Below, piece by piece: positions 56,684-64,000 of a stretch of DNA of 64,000 nucleotides. The stretch is from NCBI GenBank assembly GCA_000004985.1, contig GG738909.1. One strand, 5' to 3'. How positions within the stretch are numbered: position 1 is the first letter of the stretch; the number at the start of each line of letters is the position of its first letter. This DNA is from Naegleria gruberi. Taxonomy: Eukaryota. The translations under genes were made by a program, and so were the position numbers. The notes under the pieces are model-generated. The model was not told the DNA's origin and did not search any database. It saw nothing but the letters and a program-made list of their open reading frames with translations.

Positions 56684-59600
56684 ATGAAACCAATCACTTT
56701 GTGGTTGATTTGTGCATTTCTCATTTCTATTGTTCATGGTTCTCTCAAGATTTATAATGGGGAACCAGTAAATGAACACATTCCTTTCATTGTGAGTTTA
56801 AAGATACCAAATGATTTGTGTGGAGGAAGTATTTTGAATGAACGCTTTATTCTTACCGCTGCCCATTGTTTTTGGTTTGCCAAAGAATGTGAAGATATTA
56901 TAGTGGGTGCTGGTTCTAATATTCTGGACGCTCCATTACAACAAAGAAAAACACCTTTTCATAGGGATCAGTATGTGCCACCTACATTCGATGCGAAAGG
57001 AAAATGTTTATTCTCCGATCTAAGAATTGTTGATCTTGGAGCTGGTAATGAATTAATATTTGACGGTACAGTTTCACCAGCTTTATTAGACACTAATGGT
57101 CCCACTGTGGGTGCGAGCGTTACTTTTGCTGGATGGGGTATTAGAAATGAAAACTCTCCTCATTCACAAAAACTGTTCAAAACAACAGAGATTATTCAAG
57201 ATTATAAGACTTGCCCTATTACTGATGAAAATTTTTTGCATTGTACACCAAATGAAAGTAGTGGTCAATTTTGTGCATGGAACGAAAAAAGTATTTCTTG
57301 TCCAGGTGATTCTGGAAGTCCAGTATTTTATGTAGCTAATGACAAGTCCAAAATAGTTACTGGTGTGGTTAGTGCTACCACTGCTTATGAAAAGAAAACA
57401 TGTTTGCAACCTGGCCAGAAGGATTTACACACATCAGTAGCAAAACACACTAATTGGATAATAGAATATACAAATCAAAATACGTTATGTAAGTTTTCCA
57501 AATGTTACTTTGACTATATATATTTAAAAGATGGGTGGGGAAGAATGGATGACCACTTTTTATTCTGGAGAGAAAACCCTTCACAAGACGATTCCTTAAC
57601 CAATCCAAAGATTATTAAGATGAATCCCTCTGAAGGTGTGATGCCAATATTGAGAAAACTGAGACCAACAAAAGGAAAGTTTGCACTTGGTATCTCCGCT
57701 TCAAATAGACTATATTTATGGGGTAGAGGAAACCAATATCAATTAGGAAATGGGAAGAATTCTGACATTCTCCATCCAACTGTTCATAATTTTGTTCTAG
57801 AAAATATTTTAGATGCATGTGGGGGTTATTCACATTCACTAGCCCTTAGTACTGATGGTAAGGTTTATGAATGGGGAACACTCGCCGACGCTATTAAGAA
57901 GACACCAACTGTAGTTGTTTTTCCCAATAATGACAAAATCAAAAGTATATCCTGTGGCCACAGTCACAATCTTGCAGTTTCACAAGATATGAAAAGATTG
58001 TATTTTTGGGGTAAAAATCAATATGGAGAGGGAGGGAATATTAAGGGTGCCTGTGCATCAAATCCTAAAGCATTCATCGAGCGTCCAATCCTTATCTCAA
58101 TCGATAATAATGATTTTACCATTATTAGTATTTGTGCAGGAGATTCAACCAGTTATGAAGTAACATCAAAGGGACATGTTTATTCTTGGGGTTATAATGA
58201 ACAATCTCTTCTAGGAACAGGTATTTCTAGTATTTGTATTGGAATACCAACAAAAATATCTGTGGAAAATGCAGAAAGAATGTATTGTGGTGATCAAATG
58301 TGTTTTGTAAAAGCTGTTAACAATGTGTACGGATGGGGAATTAACAAGTTTAATGAGATAGATGAATCTGGACTTCCAATTATAAGCCCCATCATTACAA
58401 ACATTGAAAGCGCGTCTGATATTACGATTGGAAATGATTTTGTTTTATACAAAATATCTGATAGTTGGTATGGCAAAGGAAATAATTATATGGTATCGGG
58501 TCCTTCTAACTTTAACAAAGGAGTTGATATTGAATGCACAAACTATTATTGCTTTGTTTTTGGTCAATCAGTGAAACTGAGAATTGATGTAACAGTTTGT
58601 TATTTTGTTTCATTAGCATTGAATATCATATTTTTTTGTTTAGGCTTAATATGTATCAAGAAAAGGTCAACGAAAATGAGATTATATACACCTTGTGTTT
58701 TTCCATTTTTAATGTTATGTTTGAGAATTTATCAAATTTATTTCAAGTTCAAATATAATCAAAATTATGGACTGTTTGAGTCTGGTTTAGGTGACTATGA
58801 AATTTTATTGATTTTATTCTCATTATACACTCCTGTAGTATTAAGAAACAGTATTTTAGTCAATTTAACTGAATATCTTGAAAAAGTGGTAAACAGATTT
58901 ACCATTAGGCTTTGGAAAATATTTACCTCAGAGTTGTTATTTATTGGGTTTATATTATTGGCCTTCTTTGGAATGGCATGTCCGATTTTTCTCAACCTCA
59001 AAGATAGACGTATTGTTATTATTGCTATTATAATTTTTTTTTTTATTATGAATATTTTATTGCAATATGTAATACCTTTTATTCAATTTTGTTTGCATAT
59101 TAAGAGGAGAAAATCAATTATCAACTTTTTTGATTTTGATGATCCGCTCCACTTAAGAAAGGAGTATTTGAGTGCCTTTTTGACTGTTGTGGTTAACCTA
59201 TCTTTTGGATTTATTCTGACACCCTTCAGCGTTATCTGGCAGGTTAATGTTATTGTTCTACAACCAATTTTTTTTATTTTCTCAATGGGAGGATTAGCTT
59301 GTGCGATAGAGTTTATTAATAATTTCAGGAAAATATCAAATGCTTCATTGAATGAAGTGCTCATCATTCCACGTTTGTTTGAATTGTTGAAGCAATATGC
59401 AAAAAGAGAGCTGACTTTTGAAAATGTCGTTTTACATGAAAAGATACAGGAAATAAGAGAAATGGTGGACGAAAGAGAAGTTTTTGAAAAGCTAAAAGAG
59501 GTCAATCGAGATTTTTTCTCAACATTTTCAAAATATGAGGTTTCAATCTCGAAAAATTCTAAAACAAATTTGAAGAAATGGTTCGGGGAGATAGGCGTGA

Positions 59601-59791
59601 TAGAGGATTCAAAGATAGTCCAATGGAGCAAAGAGAGTCTTTTAGAAACAGCAGCAACAAGACGAAATTCAAGAGTATTATTTTATTTTACCTCCACATT
59701 CACCTCTATCATTGAAAAGGACATACAAAGCAACTTGGGTGCTACGTTAGAACGATTAAAACACACACGAGAGTTTAAGATGAAAGTTTAA
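56684..59791 (+). CDS. Chimeric receptor: signal peptide + trypsin-like (S1) serine protease + RCC1-like beta-propeller + 7-TM region + C-terminal RGS domain, 1035 aa
   Basis: The ATG at 56684 (aaaaaaATGaaa) gives the signal peptide MKPITLWLICAFLISIVHG. The S1 protease hallmarks are LCGGSILNERFILTAAHCF and CPGDSGSPVF. Four or more RCC1-type repeats follow (YLWGRGNQYQLGNG, VYEWGT, LYFWGKNQYGEGG, VYSWGYNEQSLLGTG, VYGWGINKF). Seven hydrophobic helices lie between about 58590 and 59330. The C-terminal segment LNEVLIIPRLFELLKQYAKRELTFENVVLHEKIQEIRE...FSTFSKYEVSI is RGS-like. The ORF has no stop across 3108 nt. Confidence 0.75.
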   Translation: MKPITLWLICAFLISIVHGSLKIYNGEPVNEHIPFIVSLKIPNDLCGGSILNERFILTAAHCFWFAKECEDIIVGAGSNILDAPLQQRKTPFHRDQYVPPTFDAKGKCLFSDLRIVDLGAGNELIFDGTVSPALLDTNGPTVGASVTFAGWGIRNENSPHSQKLFKTTEIIQDYKTCPITDENFLHCTPNESSGQFCAWNEKSISCPGDSGSPVFYVANDKSKIVTGVVSATTAYEKKTCLQPGQKDLHTSVAKHTNWIIEYTNQNTLCKFSKCYFDYIYLKDGWGRMDDHFLFWRENPSQDDSLTNPKIIKMNPSEGVMPILRKLRPTKGKFALGISASNRLYLWGRGNQYQLGNGKNSDILHPTVHNFVLENILDACGGYSHSLALSTDGKVYEWGTLADAIKKTPTVVVFPNNDKIKSISCGHSHNLAVSQDMKRLYFWGKNQYGEGGNIKGACASNPKAFIERPILISIDNNDFTIISICAGDSTSYEVTSKGHVYSWGYNEQSLLGTGISSICIGIPTKISVENAERMYCGDQMCFVKAVNNVYGWGINKFNEIDESGLPIISPIITNIESASDITIGNDFVLYKISDSWYGKGNNYMVSGPSNFNKGVDIECTNYYCFVFGQSVKLRIDVTVCYFVSLALNIIFFCLGLICIKKRSTKMRLYTPCVFPFLMLCLRIYQIYFKFKYNQNYGLFESGLGDYEILLILFSLYTPVVLRNSILVNLTEYLEKVVNRFTIRLWKIFTSELLFIGFILLAFFGMACPIFLNLKDRRIVIIAIIIFFFIMNILLQYVIPFIQFCLHIKRRKSIINFFDFDDPLHLRKEYLSAFLTVVVNLSFGFILTPFSVIWQVNVIVLQPIFFIFSMGGLACAIEFINNFRKISNASLNEVLIIPRLFELLKQYAKRELTFENVVLHEKIQEIREMVDEREVFEKLKEVNRDFFSTFSKYEVSISKNSKTNLKKWFGEIGVIEDSKIVQWSKESLLETAATRRNSRVLFYFTSTFTSIIEKDIQSNLGATLERLKHTREFKMKV

Positions 59792-59809
59792 GCCTATCAG
59801 AATAAATAC

Positions 59810-61247
59810 TTATTTATTTGCCTTTCCTATAATTTCTGTAAACTTTTTAAACATTGTTACAACCTCAATGTCATGATTATATTTCAAGAAGGCTGATGGA
59901 TTCATAGCAATTTCATTAATTGCATTTACAAGTCTTGGATTTTGAAATCCTCTCATTAAATATTCATCTCCAGAAACAAGTTTCATTACATGTGGATTGA
60001 CAAAGTTTGGGACATGTCCAGATGTGGAAGCACTACCATTATTAGAACTGTTACTATTGGTTGGTTTAGAAGAACTATTTGAACTAGTGGAAGATGATGT
60101 TGTAGAAGATTTTTGAGTTGTTTGTGAATAGGTTGTGCTTGATTGTTGTTGTTGGGGTGGAGTACTTTGTTTAGTAGTAGCTGTATTAGAAGTAGTAGTA
60201 GTTGGGTTTTCCTCCTTCTTTTCCACACTTCTGATATCATTAATTTGATCAATTAATTTATCAACCTTATCCATATTAGAAATATCACTATTTAACTGTT
60301 TAAACATTTCCAAATCCTTCTTTGCCAAATCAACCTTCCCAAGAGCTAATAAAGCTTTTCCTCTCAAATTGTAAGCTTTTCCAGCATCTGGATTGAGTTT
60401 AATTGCTTGATCACAATCTCTCCTCACACTCAATGGTTTGTTCATCATTGCTAAACATTCAGCTCTCTTAATAAATGTCATTGCAGATTCTCCATTTGAA
60501 CATTCAATTGCTTTTCCATAATAAATTGCAGCTAATTGATATTCATTCTTTTTGAAAAGGTCATTTCCTTTCTTTGTACATTCATTGGCCACTTTCATAT
60601 CCTTTTCCTTTACATTTGATGTTGAATCTGACATGTTCATTATACTCATATATTTTGAATCACTGTTTGTGAGTACAGTCTCCTTTTCAGGTTCAATTAT
60701 TTTCTCCTTAGTTGCTGTTGGTTCAGAAATGAGAGGAATCTTTGGTGAGTTAGAAGTTTCCTCTACATAACCATTATTAATTGCCGTAGACTCTCTAACA
60801 TTGGTCATTTCCTTCATTACATTCTTTTCCTCAACTGGAGGTTTGTTCTCCTTTTTATCATTAGTGACTTGTTGATCATCAATTTCCAAAATCAGTGATT
60901 TAGTTTTTACTTCCTTAATTAAAAATCCTTCAGGTTCCTCTTCTTCTTGTAGTTCCTCTTTGAATTGTTCTTGTTCCGATGATGAATTAATTATTGTTGA
61001 TGATGAAGGTGATGATACATTATTTACAAAAGGAGTTGAAACGAATTTGGTTGCTCCACAATCATTAATCAGAAAATCCTTAAAGAAAGCTAACTCTTCA
61101 CTATCATCCAAAACTCTAGGATTGTATTTAATATACTATTATTATATTAGTTACGCTTATAATGAAATGAAATATATAAATACAACAAACCTTTACAAAT
61201 TGCTTCAAGGAATCTAGTTGTGAGACTGAAAACTTGATACCCTCCAT
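59810..61247 (-). CDS. Hip/ST13-like TPR co-chaperone with a C-terminal STI1/DP domain, 455 aa. Exons: 61184..61247 and 59810..61113.
   Basis: The long exon lacks an ATG (its M is TTG). An upstream 64-nt exon (ATG 61247..61245) encodes MEGIKFSVSQLDSLKQFVKVC and ends T|GTATTT. A 70-bp intron ends in TAGAG. Joining gives ...FVKVCFLDDSEELAFFKDFL, which resembles the Hip N-terminal dimerisation helix. TPR repeats follow (AIYYGKAIE..., AYNLRGKALLALGKVDLAKKDL), then an S/T/Q-rich linker and a C-terminal NPHVMKLVSGDEYLMRGFQNPRLVNAINEIAMNPSAFLKY segment. The total of 1368 nt is in frame. Confidence 0.75.
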
Positions 61248-61483
61248 TATGTTACTTCTTTTTTTAGGCTTTGAAAATCATTCTCTTCATACAACAAACA
61301 ACTGATGTTCTTATAAATAATACAAAATGACTCTAAGATAACAACTAGATTAAAGTACATCAAACTACTCCCTACACTAGAATAATTCGGCTCCTAACTT
61401 GTAATCTCGATATCTCAGGAGAGTCTATTAGATTCAAAATATTCAAAAAAAAGCCGTTACACTAAAAGAACTATTTCATCATC

Positions 61484-62998
61484 ATGAGTGATAGTAATAA
61501 TAGTCATCATCATCGTAGTAGTAGTGAAAAGAGATCATACCATCATGATGGTGGTTATAATAATTATGGAAATTCAAGAAGTGGATCATCATCATATAGG
61601 AGACGAAATTACAAGAAACAAAAATATCAAAACTACTCCGATTCTTCTTCTTACACAAATAATAGTACAAATTCATCATCTAATGATGATAATAATGGAT
61701 CATCTAATAACAATACTAATACATCATCATCATCATATTCAACAGGAGGAGGAAACTATTATAATAATGAAAATTATATTTCAAAATATCCATTTGCCAT
61801 ACGGAATGTAACAGATTATATTAATCAACTATCATCTTCAAATACATCATCATCATCAGATAATTTAAATACCACCAATGATAATAATAATAATAATACT
61901 ACCACCTCCTCTTCCACCAATAATAATAATTTAGATAATAATTTAAATAATAATTTAAATAATAATAATTTAGATAATAATAATTTAGATAATAATTTAA
62001 ATAATTCAAGTCAAAATGTAATTAGAAATTATTTTTCCAATTCTAAGAAGTATCGTAAAATTCCCAAAGGTTGGCCACAAGTAACACCCTTATTTGGAGA
62101 ATTAATACCCAATACTAAATTTATTCCACTTAAATGTCCATTAAGTCCACAATATTTTAAATATCCAAATAATTCATCCATTTCATTAATACAAGAACAT
62201 TTTAATACCAAATATGAACAAGATATTGGATTAATAATTGATTTATGTTGTGTTGAATTTTATAAAAAGAATGATTTACCTTTAAATATGAAATATTTAT
62301 CATATTATATGAATATTCATGATTTAAATAAGAATTTAAATGTAAAATTATTTACAGAACAAATGGATACAATTGTAAATGATATTGATTTATATATTTC
62401 TAATAATCCTACTAAATATATTTTAATTCATTGTACACATGGTTTAAATAGAACTGGTTTTGTAATTTGTTATTATTTATTAAAAAAGAAAATTATTGAA
62501 AATGTTGAACAAGCAATTGAAATATTTAAAATTCATAGAATGACACGTACTGGTTTATATAATCCTTTTTTTATTGATTTACTTTTTGAAATGTTTGATC
62601 AAACTAATTCTGAAATGTATCAATTAATGAAATATCCAGATCCAATTCAACATTCACGTAAATCTATTAGAAAGGAATTTTATAAACCATGGTTAAAAAG
62701 AAATAATCATTTAGAATGTTTTAAACATTATCATATTTTAAAATCAATTAATTTATTAAATAAGAATGATAATAAGGATGATAAGGATGATAAGGATAGG
62801 AATGATAATAGAGATGATAATAGAGATGATAATAATGATAATAATGATAATGAAGAAGGAACGAAGAAGAATATTTCAAAAACAGATAATGATGATTCAA
62901 GTACAAGATTATCAGATGATTTAGATTCACTTAACAGTGATAAGGAAGAAGAAGAAGATTTGGAAGAAATTGATGATGAGGAAATGACAAGAAAATAG
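61484..62998 (+). CDS. Cysteine-phosphatase of the RNA 5'-phosphatase class (DUSP11/PIR1 or capping-enzyme triphosphatase-like), with RS-like and low-complexity extensions
   Basis: ATG at 61484. The catalytic P-loop is ILIHCTHGLNRTGFVICYYLL (HCxxGxxRT, as in DUSP11/RNGTT/BVP). The upstream segment KIPKGWPQVTPLFGELIPNTKFIPLKCPL matches that family. The N-terminus is R/S/Y-rich; the C-terminus is a D/K/N-repeat tail. Confidence 0.7.
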   Translation: MSDSNNSHHHRSSSEKRSYHHDGGYNNYGNSRSGSSSYRRRNYKKQKYQNYSDSSSYTNNSTNSSSNDDNNGSSNNNTNTSSSSYSTGGGNYYNNENYISKYPFAIRNVTDYINQLSSSNTSSSSDNLNTTNDNNNNNTTTSSSTNNNNLDNNLNNNLNNNNLDNNNLDNNLNNSSQNVIRNYFSNSKKYRKIPKGWPQVTPLFGELIPNTKFIPLKCPLSPQYFKYPNNSSISLIQEHFNTKYEQDIGLIIDLCCVEFYKKNDLPLNMKYLSYYMNIHDLNKNLNVKLFTEQMDTIVNDIDLYISNNPTKYILIHCTHGLNRTGFVICYYLLKKKIIENVEQAIEIFKIHRMTRTGLYNPFFIDLLFEMFDQTNSEMYQLMKYPDPIQHSRKSIRKEFYKPWLKRNNHLECFKHYHILKSINLLNKNDNKDDKDDKDRNDNRDDNRDDNNDNNDNEEGTKKNISKTDNDDSSTRLSDDLDSLNSDKEEEEDLEEIDDEEMTRK

Positions 62999-63139
62999 AA
63001 ATTTAAAGAGGAATAATCTCTATTGCAATTTCAAAAAAAAAGAAACTCGAAAATTTTATAGAATTTCAACAACAGTTTTATCACAAACATTTAAAATGTT
63101 TTCTAATCCTCTTATTGTCAATATATTTAAATTAAATGG

Positions 63140-64000
63140 TTAAATATTTAAATTTGTTGGAAGTATATAATCTCCACTGTATCCTTCTTCACCTGTTCCT
63201 GCTGTTATTGTAATTATTTCATTATTTAAATCTATCATTTTAATTTGATGATTATCAGTATCAGCAATATATAATATATTATTAATTGTTACAAAACAAC
63301 CAAGTGGTGAATTTAATTCTTTGACCACTGCTGTATTAATTAATCCTGTTTTTAAATCAATTTTTCTAATTGAATTATTATCTCTATCTGCAATATATAA
63401 ATTATTATTATTATCAAAACAAATATAAGCAGGGTAATTGAGTAAATTGTTAAAAGCATGATGATCATATTCATTATTACCATTCTTACCATCAATACCT
63501 GCAACTTTCCATAATTTACCATTTTTATCAATCTTTCTTATGGTATGATTAGAAAATTCTGAAAAGTATAATTCATCATCTTTTGATATTGCAATTCCAT
63601 ATGGACAGTTAATTTGTGAATTTAAGGCTAATGAACCATTTTCACTTTCTCCACTTGAACCATTTCCTACAATAGTTTCTATTAAACCATTATCATCATC
63701 ATCATTTAATGAAACTTTTCTAATTGCATGATTATCTCTATCAGCAATATATAAATAATTTCCATCATTTGATAAACATATTCCACGTGGTGAATTTAAA
63801 AAAGAATTAATTGCTAAATTACCATCACCTACAAGTCCATAATCTCCACATCCAACAATGGTTGATATTATTCCATTATTATCAATTTTTCTAATTCTAT
63901 TATTTCCCAAATCTGAGAAATATACATTTCCATTCCTATGATTAACAATAACACATACAGGTTTATTAATTGTAGCTTGTGTTGCCTTAATATTATCACC
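63140..64000 (-). CDS. NHL-repeat (six-bladed propeller) protein; 5' part lies beyond the window
   Basis: The minus-strand ORF is open to the window end. It carries repeated (L/Y)Y(I/F)AD(R/T)DN(H/N)xIRK(I/V) motifs every 45-50 aa, typical of NHL repeats. Confidence 0.6.
   Translation of the reverse strand, partial: GDNIKATQATINKPVCVIVNHRNGNVYFSDLGNNRIRKIDNNGIISTIVGCGDYGLVGDGNLAINSFLNSPRGICLSNDGNYLYIADRDNHAIRKVSLNDDDDNGLIETIVGNGSSGESENGSLALNSQINCPYGIAISKDDELYFSEFSNHTIRKIDKNGKLWKVAGIDGKNGNNEYDHHAFNNLLNYPAYICFDNNNNLYIADRDNNSIRKIDLKTGLINTAVVKELNSPLGCFVTINNILYIADTDNHQIKMIDLNNEIITITAGTGEEGYSGDYILPTNLNI

Noticed and set aside
1-64000. Prokaryotic-style features (CRISPR arrays, operons, RBS, rho-independent terminators) and rRNA genes
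   Set aside because: None seen. The locus is clearly eukaryotic: spliceosomal introns, Pol III tRNA genes with T-run terminators, and AT-rich intergenic regions.
1-64000. Assignment to Caenorhabditis, Schizosaccharomyces or an apicomplexan, suggested by about 35% GC and short introns
   Set aside because: Acceptors are not TTTCAG-type. Homopolymeric N/S/T/H tracts and the Cache-RGS/7TM-RGS gene set do not fit S. pombe. GATA and RGS proteins argue against Apicomplexa. The organism is left unassigned.

Overview
The window is a gene-dense, AT-rich (about 33% GC), intron-poor nuclear region from a unicellular eukaryote. The standard genetic code is in use (TAA, TAG and TGA all act as stops). Introns are GT-AG and unusually short, mostly 40-51 bp, some with TACTAAC-like branch points. 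Proteins carry homopolymeric N, S, T and H tracts reminiscent of dictyostelid-like Amoebozoa, but I cannot assign the organism from the sequence alone. No prokaryotic features (operons, CRISPR arrays, RBS) are present. I can support about 35 protein-coding genes on both strands, and I could define splice sites for many of them by hand.

Recognisable products:
- OCA2/P-protein-like permease
- a divergent tubulin whose reading frame is interrupted
- a transcriptional-type CDK
- an RRM protein
- a methionine-synthase-reductase-like diflavin reductase
- CFAP20/Bug22 (3 exons)
- an NVL/Rix7-type double AAA ATPase
- an MPN protein
- a Cid1/Trf4-like nucleotidyltransferase
- a GATA factor with an apparent frameshift
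- an Rnl-type RNA ligase
- a GNAT acetyltransferase
- two DUSP-family phosphatases (one DUSP11/PIR1-like)
- a class-3 lipase
- a Hip/ST13-like TPR co-chaperone
- F-box/ankyrin proteins
- a partial NHL-repeat protein

RNA genes: tRNA-Gln(UUG) in two copies with identical flanks 5,040 bp apart, tRNA-Ser(UGA), tRNA-Asp(GUC), one aberrant tRNA-like locus and one tRNA fragment.

The most unusual content is an expanded set of membrane receptors fused to RGS domains. The first is a single 1,035-aa ORF encoding signal peptide + trypsin-like protease + RCC1-like propeller + 7TM + RGS. The others are three genes for 2-TM sensors, at least one with a Cache-like ectodomain, each with a cytoplasmic RGS or RGS-like domain; two of these sit head to head. 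A further candidate is a pair of N-myristoylated PPPDE/DeSI-like paralogues that share a novel C-terminal CPFGDP module; in one paralogue the catalytic Cys is lost.

Coordinates come from hand translation and may be off by +/-1 at splice sites. At 12596-12662 the ORF track implies homopolymer lengths that differ by one base from my reading of the sequence text; for that gene I followed the track.
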